A stretch of DNA of 64,000 nt from Trichosphaerium sp. ATCC 40318 (GCA_038496445.1 JALMLS010000578.1:496001-560000), one strand, 5' to 3'; positions 24,950 through 37,710 are shown, counted from the first letter of the stretch. A program made the numbers and translations. The notes: generated by a model not told the origin, from the letters alone.

Positions 24950-27900
24950 ATGTACAAAGTAACTTCTGCGCTAGTTTTGTTTTGTTTGCTTTGCGTCACT
25001 CATTGTACGTTTTTCATATTGCGTTAACGGTTTTAAACGTACTGCAGGTGTAAATCCAAAGTATAAGGATGCTTCTTTGCCTGTAAGTGTACGCGTTAGC
25101 GACTTGATGAAGCGAATGACTGTAGAAGAAAAGGTACGCTGCTATTCCCTTTTCGTTTTTTCTGACTCAAGCGCAGATAAACCAAATTATTGTTGTTGTG
25201 CGAGAAACATCTAGCTATGTGATAGCTAAATACGGTCAAACAGGTCTGCAATTTTAAAAAAAAGAACACGCCTTTTGCTGACACGTGATAAGGCTTGGGA
25301 TATCATAAAACTTACTTTGATGAAAATACAGTTAATGACGCACGTGCCATACTTGGTATGTTCAAAATTCTTACGATGTACCCTTATTATGTGCTCACTA
25401 GTACGTAGAAACGCGTAATAACGTTCAAAAAGCTTTTATGAATAAGGTAAGTTCTACGAAGCATTTTCTGAATAGATGTCAGAAAAGACTCATTATCTTT
25501 GAGACTCGCCTTGGTATTCCTGTCTGCTTCTATAACGAGATCCTTCACAGTGGTGGCGTGGGATATGGTACAATATTTCCAATGCCTGTTGGTATGGCGC
25601 CGGGCTATCTTCTTTAAGTTTACTATTGGAGTTTAAGTCTTGGGGCTACTTGGAATACTTCTCTTGTGCATTCAGTATATGATGTTATAGCGACAGAAGC
25701 AAGTATCTCTGGCAACAATTTGGGGCTTGGCCCAGTTTTGAATCTCTTCACAGGAACGTTTTATTCCAAACACAAGAAACCTAAAACCTTGCAGATCCTC
25801 GTTTTGGTAGAATAGAGGAAGGTTTTACTGAAGGTACAAGTAACCTCGTTTAAGGGATATAATGTTCCTCTAGATCCTGTACTACTATCTGCATATGCAT
25901 CTGAGGCTGCTCTAGGGCTTCAAGGAGGAAAAGGCAACCCACAGTGAGTACATGAAAGGCAGTGAACACTATCTTACTTCTTTGTACAGCGACTATGTAC
26001 CAGAAGGGTATATTGTATCTCTAGCTAAACATTTTGCAGCTTATGGCCAAACTTCAGTACTTAAACGCACAATTATAGAGTGATATTAAAGCACCAATAG
26101 GGAGGTCTGAACGGAAGTCCAGCGGACCTATCTTTGCAAAAACTACATCAACTTTACATTGATCCATGGAAGCCTTACTTAAACTCAGGTGGTCGAGGTG
26201 TAATGTACTTGTTACTTACCACTTATTCGCCTTATTTACCGTATAATAGGGTTGCACATAACTCTATCAATGGAGTACCTTGCCATTCTAATCCAATGTT
26301 ACTCAAGTCAATTTTGCGTTCCTCTTTGAACTTCACAGTACGTTTTCTCTTTTCTTTTCTGGCCAAGTTCAAGATCCTTGTACCAACATATCTAGGGTAT
26401 GACTATGAGTGATGAAGGAGATGTACCAAATCTTCAGAATCAGCATGTTGCAAGTTCATTGGAAGATGCAGCTGTTCTGGCCATCAAAAGTGGCGTTAAT
26501 ATTGATTTGGGTGGAAATGCTTTTCCTACCTTAGCGTTAGTATTCCACGTGCTTTTTCACAATTGACACGTGTTAGGCAAGCAATTAAAGAAGGTAAACT
26601 AGATACTGAAACACTGGATAAAGCGGTAGAGTATTCGCTAACTCAAAAGGTGCAATACAAAGTTGCTTTAAAAAATAGCAGTATAAATACGTTTAATCAA
26701 CGCCTAGTTCGCCTCTGGAGTTTTTGATAACCCTTACGCTGATGCTTCTAAACTGGATACACTCGATAATACAAAGCATAGGCAACTAGCATTCGAAGCA
26801 GCCATACAAGTGCGCAAACAAACATACTTCAACCTATGCTTAATTTTTATACAGTCGCTTGTGCTTCTGAAGAACGAAGACACTCTTCCACTTAAAATAT
26901 CATCTCTTAAATCCATAGCATTGATAGGACCAAATGCCGGGTGTAGTGTAGGATTACTAGTTCACTGAAATATAAACAACAAAAAAACACTTTTTGACAT
27001 TTTTTATTAGACGAGTCTTCCAAAGAATACTGGTTGCTATATTCCAGATAAATCTTATTGTGATGCACAAGAAAACCAATTAGGAAGCTACAGTAACTGT
27101 GGGAGTCCAGTTATAACAATCAGAAAGGGTCTTGAATCACTCCCAAGTACTTTTTTTCAACGTCTTTTTGTTTTCATTTTTCTTGTTAAGCATTGACCTA
27201 GATGGACCAAAAATTGCTTTCTCAATTGGCGCTGATATATACAAGAACGATAAATCGTAAGTGTCAAAATAGTCGATGAAACGGCTGTTTGCTTTCGTTT
27301 TGTTTCTCCTGTTAATTGAACTTTTCAATTTGCACCTTTGAGATTCTGCTTAAAGTACGATGATTTAACTCCTTTGTAGGCTTTTTTCCGAAGCTTTATC
27401 AATTGCCAAAGAGTCTGATTTATCTATTCTTGTTCTTGGTGATGCTAGAGATACCTGTGCTGAAGAAAGAGACAGGTTTAGAGTTCTCTATGTAACATAC
27501 GTTTACTAATTTGACCGTGTTTAGACAAAGCCTAGACCTTTCTGGGAGCCAGCTGGGTCTTCTACAAACAATAGCAGCTTCTAATAAGCTCCAAAATAAA
27601 AAGACAGTATTGGTCCTTATACATGGGAGGTAAGCAGCGATATTTGTTGCTTTTTTCACAAAAACGTTTGTCACGTGACTAATGAATACTTTAAAGACCT
27701 GTTACTTTTGGTGAACACAACCCTTTACTTGAGAATGTATCAGCCATAATCTCAGCATGGAGACCAGGAGAAGAAGGGTACGAAATAGTAGTTTCTTTTT
27801 ATCGTAGCCCTCAACCATTGACGATTCATTAGCGGAAGTGCAGTTGCTTCAATTCTGTCAGGGGCAAGTAATCCAAGCGGAAGGCTTGCACAATCTTGGC

Positions 27901-28653
27901 CACGATTTGTTGGACAGGTAGGTCCTAATAAAGCACCTGCAATGTAATTGCCATTACTGTGTTTAATTTTTGCATAGATTGGCGGACCAAGGCACTAAGC
28001 TATTACTAAATTACAATCATTTTCTGTTTATTGGCATGTACTAATAACTTAAAATAGTAGCCCTTGGTACAGCAAATACACTCATTCTGCATCACAAGAG
28101 AATTATGTATTTGAAGAATCAACACCTCTGTTCCCGTTTGGTTATGGACTATCATATACATCTTTTAAATACGTAAGCATGAAGGTCACGTCACCATCCA
28201 TATCATCTGGACAAGGTACAAACGAATAAGCAAAAGTTACGAATGATTGATTCTGTTTTCGGGTTTTTACAAGAAAAAGTTTTTCAGTTTAACAAGATGT
28301 AGATGTTACAGTTCAAGTTCAAGTTAAGAATACTGGCCAAATGGATGGTACAGAAGTTGTACAAGTGTATCTCAAGTTTCCTATTTCTCGTTATGTTCAC
28401 TACAGAAAGGTAATTGAAAATGAAGAAGGAAAAAATAATTCCGTAACCTCTTTTTTCTTAGTGGCTTGGAGGCTTCGAAAAGGTTCATATTCCATCAGGA
28501 GATACAGTAATAGTAGACATCAAAATACCAGCATCCGTTATGAGTTATTATGATGCAAATATGAACACTGTGATAGACCTTGGTACTTATACACTGGTAA
28601 GTGGATCAAGCAGTGTAGATGAAGCAGTTACTGGCACTTTTACTATCAAATAA
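24950..28653 (+). CDS. Secreted glycoside hydrolase family 3 (beta-glucosidase/xylosidase) with C-terminal Fn3-like domain
   Basis: Signal peptide; RVSDLMKRMTVEEK, TRLGIPV..NEILH, TIFPMP, LAKHFAAYG, SLVLLKNEDTLPL, IALIGPNA, AWRPGEEG, NPSGRLAQSWP, PLFPFGYGLSYTSF and DGTEVVQVYL. Confidence 0.95.
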
Positions 28654-29032
28654 ACAAAACCATTTCTCCAGCAGTCTGTTTTGGTGTAGTAATCTGCACA
28701 TCCACGTGAATTAATAAGATATCAACAAAGTTAACTATGAAACCTTGTTAGCTGAGTCATGTTTGTATAACAAATGAGTAATAACTTGTTGAAGGCGTGC
28801 ACAATATCAAGCACAGCAAAACAGAAAAAAAATAGAACACAACATGTTTCTTTATCCAAGTGTTTCTTGTATAATAGATAATGCCTTGGGGCTAGCGCAA
28901 AATAATTTGGCGTGCTTCCAGCATTGTTTAAAGTTGAGTTTCCTTGGTTGTTGATAGCAGAGTAGACTAAGTGTAGCAACTCTAACTTAATCACAATCAC
29001 TATTATTATACACAATAACTAACTAACAAATC

Positions 29033-30259
29033 ATGGACTTCTCAGGTGTTTTATTAGAACAAGCGCTATCATATTATCGGAAAAACCATCAAAAAACGTT
29101 AAACGCATTGATGGTAAACCAAAATAACGCAAAGTTCTTGAACGATCTAAAAAGCATTGTAAATACCACCAATATAGCCTTCATAAATCAAATCGATCAA
29201 CTCATTTCAAAACAAACTGTCATTACAAATAAACAGGGCTCAACACGTGCAAACTCTATTAACAAAAATATTGGTGCTAATATTTCAACAAACTTACTCA
29301 GTAAAACAACAGAAAAGACTCCAAGTGACCAAAATACAATCGCGGATTTTCCTCCAGAGGTTATTTCAAATATTCTACAGTATACAGATGCTCAAGGAAG
29401 ATTTTCAGCAGCTCAATCATGCCGTTTGATGGCTGATATCATTCACGACATTGTTGGATATAAAATGGTAAATCTCAAATCCGCTAATGATTTTGTAACG
29501 CTTAGAAAGTATAAAGGCGTGATGAAAAATAGTAAATTTTCGAAGTACTCACTCCTCATTGGCTTCCGTAATATCAAAGCCAATAATAGTTGTATTGATG
29601 ATTATGATCTGAAACAACTTGTAGATGTTCATTCCATAAATCTGTCAAGATGTACACATATGACAGATGAAGGCATAATATCGCTTGCTGGTGTTCATTC
29701 TATTGATCTACGGCATACTTTAATAACAGACAAAGGTATTAAAGCACTCAAAGGTGTTCACACCATATACCTTGATGGTTGCGAACATGTGACAGATGAA
29801 GGCATAAAATCGCTTGCTGGTGTTCATACCATCTACCTTGCTAGTTGCATTCAGTTGACAGATGCATCTATCAAAGAACTAGCAGGTGTTCATACTATCG
29901 AGCTTTGTAAGACTAGAGTTACTTGTGAAGGAATCAAAGCGCTTAAAGGAGTTCACACTATAGGGCTTTGTGGTTGTAAGCAAGTGACAGATGAAGCCAT
30001 TGAATGTCTTGCTGGTGTTCATTCTATTGATCTAGGACATACTTTAGTAACAGACAAAGGTATTCAAGCACTCAAAGGTGCTCATACAATCCATGTTCGA
30101 CATTGTGAGCAAGTAACAGATGGGAGCCTCAATTTTCTGACAAGTGTTCATACCCTCTACCTCTATGGTACTTCAATTACAGATGAAGGTGTTAAAAGAC
30201 TACGAGAATGCTCAACAATGAATGGTTATGCACTTCTACACTCCTTTGAGTCAGGATGA
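29033..30259 (+). CDS. Intronless F-box/leucine-rich-repeat protein
   Basis: F-box IADFPPEVISNILQY followed by about 10 repeats of LxGVHxIxLxxCxxVTDEGI. Confidence 0.9.
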   Translation: MDFSGVLLEQALSYYRKNHQKTLNALMVNQNNAKFLNDLKSIVNTTNIAFINQIDQLISKQTVITNKQGSTRANSINKNIGANISTNLLSKTTEKTPSDQNTIADFPPEVISNILQYTDAQGRFSAAQSCRLMADIIHDIVGYKMVNLKSANDFVTLRKYKGVMKNSKFSKYSLLIGFRNIKANNSCIDDYDLKQLVDVHSINLSRCTHMTDEGIISLAGVHSIDLRHTLITDKGIKALKGVHTIYLDGCEHVTDEGIKSLAGVHTIYLASCIQLTDASIKELAGVHTIELCKTRVTCEGIKALKGVHTIGLCGCKQVTDEAIECLAGVHSIDLGHTLVTDKGIQALKGAHTIHVRHCEQVTDGSLNFLTSVHTLYLYGTSITDEGVKRLRECSTMNGYALLHSFESG

Positions 30260-30361
30260 TATAACAAGACGAAAATGTAGAAGTAATAAGTTCATAAGTT
30301 TTATATTGCAATTGGTTTACTTCTCATAGTCACAAGGTAGAAACAGGAATACGATTGCTTG

Positions 30362-31288
30362 TCAGTATTGAGTTTTTGGTCTATTTTCTCTCCATTCCTT
30401 GAAGATCTCATCAGTTGCGGCTCTAGGTTAAAAGAAAATCATTTAAGAAATAACTCTATCAACAACAAAACAAATAAATAAAAGAAAAGACTTACCTCGC
30501 CGTTTGTAAGTTTGGTAGTGTCTTACAAATGGAGCCATCAACATCAAAATCATCTGTGAAACGCGCTAAGGCGATATCAGCAAGTGAAAGCTTGTCACCA
30601 AGCAGATAAGGTCCCTTTAGCAAAAAAGTCAGAAAAATGATCAGTGAACAAAAACCAAGTTCAACGAAACCTTGTTCTTTGCAAAGTAAGGTTCCAAACG
30701 CTTTATCTTTTCTGGCACTATTTCTTCTTTTAGCTTTTTCATCTCTTTTTCACGTGACTCTTCAGGTATCTTAAAACGAATGATGTAAGACTCTTCAAAA
30801 ATCTCAGCAAAACACTCATCTACAAAACAATTATAAGTTTACTTGTACTCAAAGTGACAAGCGTCAATGCCCTCAAGACGCACCCATGATATCAATGAGA
30901 AACATATCTGCTTCGTTAGAACCATACAAGTTGAATTTACGAGCCAGGTGGCGAACAATTGCGCTTGTTTGTCCATATTTTGTCGCTGTGTAAAAAATGT
31001 TAAACAACAATAGTTTTAAGGCTTGAAAAAAAGGCCCAGTACGTACTTGTACCGTTTTCTGTTACCTCCAATATTGGTACCTGTCCAAACGGCGTTGTTG
31101 GCTTTATGTCAGCCCACTTCGTAGCAAAATCAAAGCGGTTGTCTTCGTAGTCTTCACAAGATGTAAATTACAACATTTTTACGCGTATTAACACTATTAA
31201 CAGCACCTTGCTTGGCAGCGATGAATAAATACCGTATAATTTCGCCTCTACCGCGAGTATTAAAGTATGTAAGCTTGTAAGTTGTCAT
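30362..31288 (-). CDS. Glutathione S-transferase (sigma-like), tandem copy 1
   Basis: MTTYKLTYFNTRGRGEIIRYLF, TPFGQVPIL, QTSAIVRHLARK and YLLGDKLSLADIA. Confidence 0.92.
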
Positions 31289-31571
31289 TGTCACCTAGTT
31301 TTCTGAAAATAAAGAGAAACATTAAGTCACCAAAGATCACGTGTGAAAATCACGTCAGGAAAGATAGTTTAAGACAGAATTCGTCGTGTAGCTATACAAT
31401 ACCGAATAAAGTAGGGGACAGGAGAGCATTATTTAAAAAAAAGGTGATTATGAGTAGCACTGCCTCTAGTTCAACAACAAATATACAAATGCATCTCATT
31501 CAAGCTTAAATGACAAAACAAAAGCGATGAAGCCACCAACTCCTTTATTTTAAGCTGTACATAGTTGTTTT

Positions 31572-32441
31572 CTATCTTTCTGTCTTTGGTCTAGATTCTC
31601 TCCACGCCTTAAAGATCACATCCGTCGCAGTTCTATAAAGGCAATTTGTAAATGGTTTTCCAAACAAAAATGATTTCTTACCTTGATTTATGCATGTTTG
31701 GTAGTGTTTTGCAAATAGCACCATCAACATCAAAGTGGTCAGTGTAACGTGCAAGTAAGATATCGGCAAGTGTAAGCTTTTCACCTAGAAAGTAGGTACC
31801 CTAGCGGTTGCAAGGTAAACAGAATAATACAGAGAGTACACTACTTACTTCATTCTTTGCAAAGTATGTTTCGACGATTTTGAACTTTGCTGGTAGAGTC
31901 TCTTCGTAAAGTGTCTTCAGTTTAGCTGGACACTCTTCTTTTGGAAGGGCATAACGAATAATCATTGACTCTCCATACAAGTCCGCAAAGAGTTCATCTA
32001 CACAAAAATATTTAATTCCAAAACTCTTTGATGTTTTTAACTTACACATCATGTCTATAAGAATATCATCTTCTGGTGTTGACCCATAAAAATCATACTG
32101 CTTACAAAGGTACCGTACAATAGCTGTAGTTTGAGCGATTTTGGTTGCTATGGAGTAAGTTTTAATAGCCGAAATACAATCAAAAAAAAACTCTTACTTT
32201 TTCCATTAGTAGTTATCTCCAACATTGGCAGTTGTCCGAAAGGCGTAGTTGGCTTGATAGCAGGCCATTCAGACATATCGAAGCGAATATCATCGAAGTC
32301 TATATGGTAAGTGAGAAGCTCAATAAATCAACGCTCTCGTAGACAATAATAATTGGTACCTTGTTTAGCTGCACTTAGGATGTAGCGTATTATTTCACCT
32401 CTGCCACGTATATTGAAATAAGAGAGCTTGTATGTTGTCAT
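31572..32441 (-). CDS. Glutathione S-transferase (sigma-like), tandem copy 2
   Basis: MTTYKLSYFNIRGRGEIIRYIL, TPFGQLPML, QTTAIVRYL and FSLADI; intron positions are the same as in copy 1. Confidence 0.92.
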
Positions 32442-32843
32442 CGTAGTTGATTTGAGTAATTGTGTCAGAAAAGAGACGACTGTTTCTAACACGTGACTTA
32501 ACGGGCAAAATGGCAGATAAAGCCAGTATTAGATAGGTATTAGGTCCATGAATAATTTTTTGATTTTATTTGTTTCTCAATCAGCTAAGTTAAGTTTGGG
32601 CCGGTGTTTTTTTTGACCCGCCGTTCGGCTATTTATTTTTTACTGATTTGGTCTATTAAGTCATCAAGAAGACTCATCTATTTTAATTTACCTGTGTCTC
32701 TTACAAAAAAAGAAGTGAAAGGTACGTATAAACCGTAAAAGGGAAAATGTGGATGTTTGGAAATCCGGAAGAAATACGGAAGTATTATGGAAGTGGTTTT
32801 CTCAGCACAAAGCAACAGATTAAAACAAATTTATTCTTATATT

Positions 32844-33978
32844 TTACACTTCATTCAAATTCTTCACTAACGTTTCTTTTTCTCTTCCCGTGAGACTGTT
32901 CCGGAAAACCACCTGAATTACATATTAATAAATTAGGAAAATGAATTGGGTGATATTGGTGTTATGGGCTCAACAATACGTTTAAATAAACCTCAATATT
33001 TTATCGTGTCAAGTTTTTTTTTTCACTTCAAAGAAAGATAGCAAGTTTCCCACAGAGTTTAAAAAACATACCTGTTATATGTGACAATAGATAGTCAATG
33101 AATTCTTGTGGATATTTATCTCTGAATACACGAATAGGTATGAACCCTGTAGCACCACTTGGTCTAACATTGCAATGAGTTCTGTATTGTACTATCAATT
33201 AAAAAACAAATTACATACTGCTGCACCAATACGTTTGCTATGTTTTCATCTAATCCAAGTATAGAATCTTTAACATCAAAATCGCGATCTTCAAACTCCA
33301 ACTCTACAGAATACCATAAGCAATAAACCCAACAAACAATACAAAGCCAAACATATGGCTGTTTCTTTTTTTAAGCAACGAACCTTTAAACTCCTCAACA
33401 AAGCTTTCCTTGGTTGTTTTGCGCCTCTGCAAGATGTCAAGTAAGCATAAGAGATGTATTAACACTTAGGTACCTTTGCTCTGAAAACAAATACAGGTTC
33501 ATGCCTAGAAAACCGTTAAACAACAGCAGCGAAGAAAACAAAAAAAGAAAAAAAAAAGGTACGTTGTCTCTGTAGGATCAGCACGTGAAGAATGGCTACT
33601 GTCTTCTTCATCATCACTACTATCAGGTATACTCTGTTCACTATCGCTTATCTCCTCGTATTTATTCTTTGTATTGATGCTTTTTGTTGAAGACGAGCTC
33701 GAAAGACTTGTAGAAGAAGGAGATTGCATTCCAGGTACAAATTCACGTGATTTTTCTTCGCCATCAATACTGATGTACTCTACAAAACAAGGAATTGGTT
33801 TTTAACACGCAAACAAGCGTAATGATAAGGTTTTACCTAAGATACGTTCACCGTTTGCATCGAACTCAAAATCGTTGTCTTCTTCATCGCTGTCACTGTA
33901 ATTGACTAAGCGGTACCCTAGGAAGTGTGTTAAGGTAATAGGACCTCTTTTACTGTTGTATTCAGTCGTTGGTTTCAT
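32844..33978 (-). CDS. Acidic/Ser-rich protein with C-terminal chromo-shadow-like domain; start uncertain
   Basis: Low-complexity N-terminal half, then KDSILGLD...CNVRPSGATGFIPIRVFRDKYPQEFIDYLLSHIT, which resembles the chromo-shadow consensus (..KCPQxVIxFYExHL). Confidence 0.5.
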
Positions 33979-34488
33979 AGAGGTTTTATTTGTGCGTTTA
34001 ATAGTATTTCAACGCTGTTTTGGCTGTTTCTGGAGCTTTTGTAGGTATTTTACTAGTAAAAGGGCTGAAAGTGCGTGCGCAGCGCAAATTATTAATTTTA
34101 TGGCGTTGATACGGTTGTCAACGGATACTTCGAGTTCACAAACAATAAAAAACCGCGTTTTGAGTGACATACCTTGTTCAGTCATTTTTACTTCACATCA
34201 AGGTATTGATGTATTGATTTGAGATAAAACGGTGTCAGCGAAAATGTCAAAAACTGGTTAAGTTTGACACTGCATTCTGTTAAGTTCGCTTTTTGACGCT
34301 AGTTCGGGAGATGCTTCCTATCCGCTGATTTAAGTAGAGTTGACACTACGAGCAAGAGTTAGTTGTACTTTAGGTAGATACCAGTTCGCAATCTGGTTAT
34401 AAGGAGTTGACAGCTTTCGATCTTATTGATTGAAATGAATGAAAAATGAGGACCGATTAAGTCTTAATCTTCTTATCGATACACAACA

Positions 34489-34845
34489 ATGGCATCAAAC
34501 GGCGAATGCATTCATGATGCAGAATACGTAAAATACTTGGAACTAATTGAAAAAACCAAACGCCTAACAAGACAGCTCGATGCTCTGAGACGAGAAAATA
34601 ACAGAATTAAAAAGCAAGAAGCTGTGAAAAAACGAAACGAGATTGATCCTACAGTGATAATGGTTGCGAATCGAAATTTAAGAATTGTACTCAGTGCATT
34701 TGAAAAGGCAGGAGACGAAAAATGTGAAAAGTTCTTTCAAGCAGCAGCAAGTGCGCTTACAAGAGAGGAACGAATTAGCCTAAAGAAGACTTTTATCAGT
34801 AATGATAGATTAGTAGAACTAGAGAAAGAGTATACCTCCAAGTGA
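34489..34845 (+). CDS. Intronless coiled-coil hypothetical protein (118 aa)
   Basis: ATG in an acaacaATG context, helical heptad-like composition, and AATAAA about 50 bp downstream. Confidence 0.7.
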   Translation: MASNGECIHDAEYVKYLELIEKTKRLTRQLDALRRENNRIKKQEAVKKRNEIDPTVIMVANRNLRIVLSAFEKAGDEKCEKFFQAAASALTREERISLKKTFISNDRLVELEKEYTSK

Positions 34846-35149
34846 GAGTTATGTAGCACTTGTAAATTGAAGAAGTACTTCCCATTGAGCAAGTTAATAA
34901 ACATTTTGTTTATCAATCATTTCTTTGTTTCGTTTGAACTGTTGTCCTGAATTTACCTTCACGCCCACCCTCATATTATGAGGGTTGAGTTTTGTGTAAA
35001 TTCATATACGCTGGTACACATCGAGAACGGAAAGAGGGTAGTAGAATTGCTTTTTATTTTATTTGTTTTCTTTAACTTTTGTGACATTGGTTTCTTCCTG
35101 ACCTGCTTTTTTTTAATCTTTCTTACGATGTTATTCCTTCGTTGTGTTT

Positions 35150-37658
35150 TTAAAAATCGTAGACGTAGTTTGAGGAACTGAACTTGTTCAATGCTCTAAT
35201 GATAGCTTCTTTAGTTACTTCTTCTTGTGACGTAGCGGTAGGTAAAGCATAGTTATGACCAACACATTCAGAGCTAAAGAAAGAAGTAAACTCTCTGAAA
35301 GAGAAGAAAAAAGAAAAACAAAACATAACAGTGTTTTAAAGATAGACATGTTTGTGACTGTATAGTACGAAATGACGTACCGGAATAGAGGTATAACACC
35401 TGTACAACGTGCTCTAGCGAAAGAAGGTCCTGACTCACCAACCCATGGGATAAGAATAAAGCGAGACTGTTTGCTAGAGATAGCAACGCCAATAGCCGAA
35501 CTTGCCTTATGATCAACAGCAGATATTCTAAAAGTTCGTTTAGAATACTCAAAGGGGTTACAAAGAAGCCATTTATAAATATGCTGAAGAGCGTAGTCGC
35601 TTACAAAATGCGTAAAACGACATTAAGCAGAACTGAACGTTGAAAAAAAAATAAAAATTGAAGTGCTTGTAAATGCTTTGTAGCGCTTGTAAATCATACC
35701 TCAATGCAGCAAATACAATAACTTCATCTGTAAAGTACTTTCCAAGTGCCTCAATACCACCATCGCCACTACCAAGCTACAAAAAATCAATTACAAAAAA
35801 AAATCACAAGATGAAAGGTTTTCGTATTTATAATACATTAACAAAACGTACTAGAGTTAATGTTTTACCGCCACTGTATCCGAAAGCGAAAAAATTTGTT
35901 TTAGATGCATCTTTTCTTAAATCATCCCATAATGGCTTTACAACTGACATATCAACTGCGAAACCAGCATACTAACAAAGATTAGACGGATTTTTTAAAG
36001 ATGAAGGAAGAAAAAACTTCTCTTCCAAAAGTATGCGTTAGAACCATACCTTACGTGCAGGCTTAGACACTGGCTTCTTGTGCTAAACAAAGGCTATCAG
36101 ATGAAGGTAACTGAAGGGAAATAAAAGGAGCCTGAAAATTTCTAGGTGATGTCCAAATAACGTACTGCAGTGCGTTTGAAAACACGTGATGGTGATTGTT
36201 TCTTTGCTGTATCAGCTGGAGGCTTTGCTGGTTCTTTAGATGCCGAAATATCTTTCTTTTCAGTTGTAGGAGAGTGCTTTGAAAAAGTAAGTTGATACAA
36301 AGAAAGTGAAAGGGCGTACTGGCTTTCTAACAAATTTTTTCCTTGGCGTTTTCTTAGGCTCTGTCTCTTTGACAGGTTCTGGTTCTTTAGCTGGTTCAGG
36401 TTCTTTGACTGGCTCTGGTTCTTTGGCTGGCTCTGGGGCTGGTTCAGGCTCCGGTTCTTTAGCTGGTTCTGGAGTTGGCTCTGGTTCTTTAACTGGTTCT
36501 GGCTCTTTAACTGGTTCAGGTTCTTTGACAGGCTCAGGTTCTGGCTCTTTAACAGGTTCTGGTTCAGGTTCAGGTTCTTTTACTGGTTCTGGTTCTTTGA
36601 CTGGCTCTGGGGTCGTTTCAGGTTCCTTTACAGGTTCAGGTTCTGGCTCTGGTTCTTTGGCAGGTTCTGGTTCTTTAACAGGTTCAGGTTCAGGTTCTGG
36701 CTCTGGTTCTTTGGCTGGTTCAGGCTCCTTTACAGGTTCTGGTTCTTTGGCTGGCTCTGGGGTTGGCTCAGGTTCCTTTACTGGCTCTGGCTCTGGTTCT
36801 GGTTCTTTAACTGGCTCTGGAGTAGGTTCAGGTTCTTCCACACGCTCTTGTTCTGTTTCTTGTGGTTTCTCAGTTTCTGTTGGTTGCTGTCCAGTACTCA
36901 AACCATTGTCTGAGTCTAAAGATATTGGTCAGTGGAAGCGAAAACACAAGAAAAAAAAAAAGGGCGAGATTGATTTTTTTAAGTTGTTTCCTTAGCGTTC
37001 CCGCAAAACCCACGTGATGGGAAATTGAAAAGAGCGAAATATGGGGACGGTGAGGCAGTTTAAAAATATTTTAGGTTTAGAGACTTTTTAAGTGTCCAAA
37101 ATAGTCGTAAATCGATCAAAGACGCTAAAAGACGCATTTGTGATCTGTTTTTAGAGTATTCGAAGGTTTTACAAAAAAACTGACGAAAAACGAAAAAAAG
37201 TTAATCGCCCGTATGGTCCTTACAAACGCGTTGTTTTGAAACAATACAAATAAACAACTAAAAGAAACGGTTTTTCTAGAGTCGTGGATTTTTTCTTTGG
37301 CTTGTAATTTCGTTATTTGGGAAAAGAGCGCTACGAACCTACGTAAACGACATTATTTGTGTTTTTAGCTTCATCTGTTTCGTTCGGTTGTGAAATGTCG
37401 TACACCCACTTGTCATCAACGACAAATTTGTATGTATACTTGCCAGGTGGTAGAATGAGTTCTGCTTGAAAAGTAGATCTCCCGACTCTGTCAAGTGGGA
37501 TAGGTTCTTGCCACCAGTCCCAAGAACCGCGTAGGAACACTTGGTTGCCACCGTGCTTCCACGTAAATACTATGCGAACAAGTTAACGAAAACGGGTCAT
37601 TTAAAATGCTATTATCACCGGAAACGTATGTAATTTAGCGTAACGTACCTTTTGCCAT
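35150..37658 (-). CDS. CBM48 (AMPK-beta-type glycogen-binding) + Pro/Glu/Lys spacer + coactosin-like ADF-H domain protein
   Basis: MAK|[20 protein letters not shown]...[19 protein letters not shown]...NTNNVVYV (CBM48). A phase-1 intron at 36916-37338 joins it in frame to the ATG-less PE-repeat exon. The last exons give [57 protein letters not shown] (ADF-H, coactosin/drebrin type). Confidence 0.75.
36350..36840 (-). repeat. Coding minisatellite encoding (EP)n-[VA]K repeats
   Basis: Degenerate ggttct/ggctct/ggttca hexamers on the + strand; about 20 PEP[VA]KE units. Confidence 0.95.
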
Positions 37659-37710
37659 ACTGTGAGGACTATATTATGAAATCTCCTTACCGTTCGCAAA
37701 ATTGAAAAAA

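Noticed and set aside
32745-32800. Cluster of GGAA/CGGAAG words
   Set aside because: Short and degenerate, with no supportable function.
36306-36995. 229-aa Gly/Ser-rich ORF on the + strand (silk/antifreeze-like)
   Set aside because: Antisense shadow of the PEPVKE repeat exon, which has proper splice signals on the minus strand.
37331-37658. AMPK beta subunit
   Set aside because: Only the CBM48 is present. No C-terminal alpha/gamma-binding domain was found, and the exon splices in frame to the PE/ADF-H exons.
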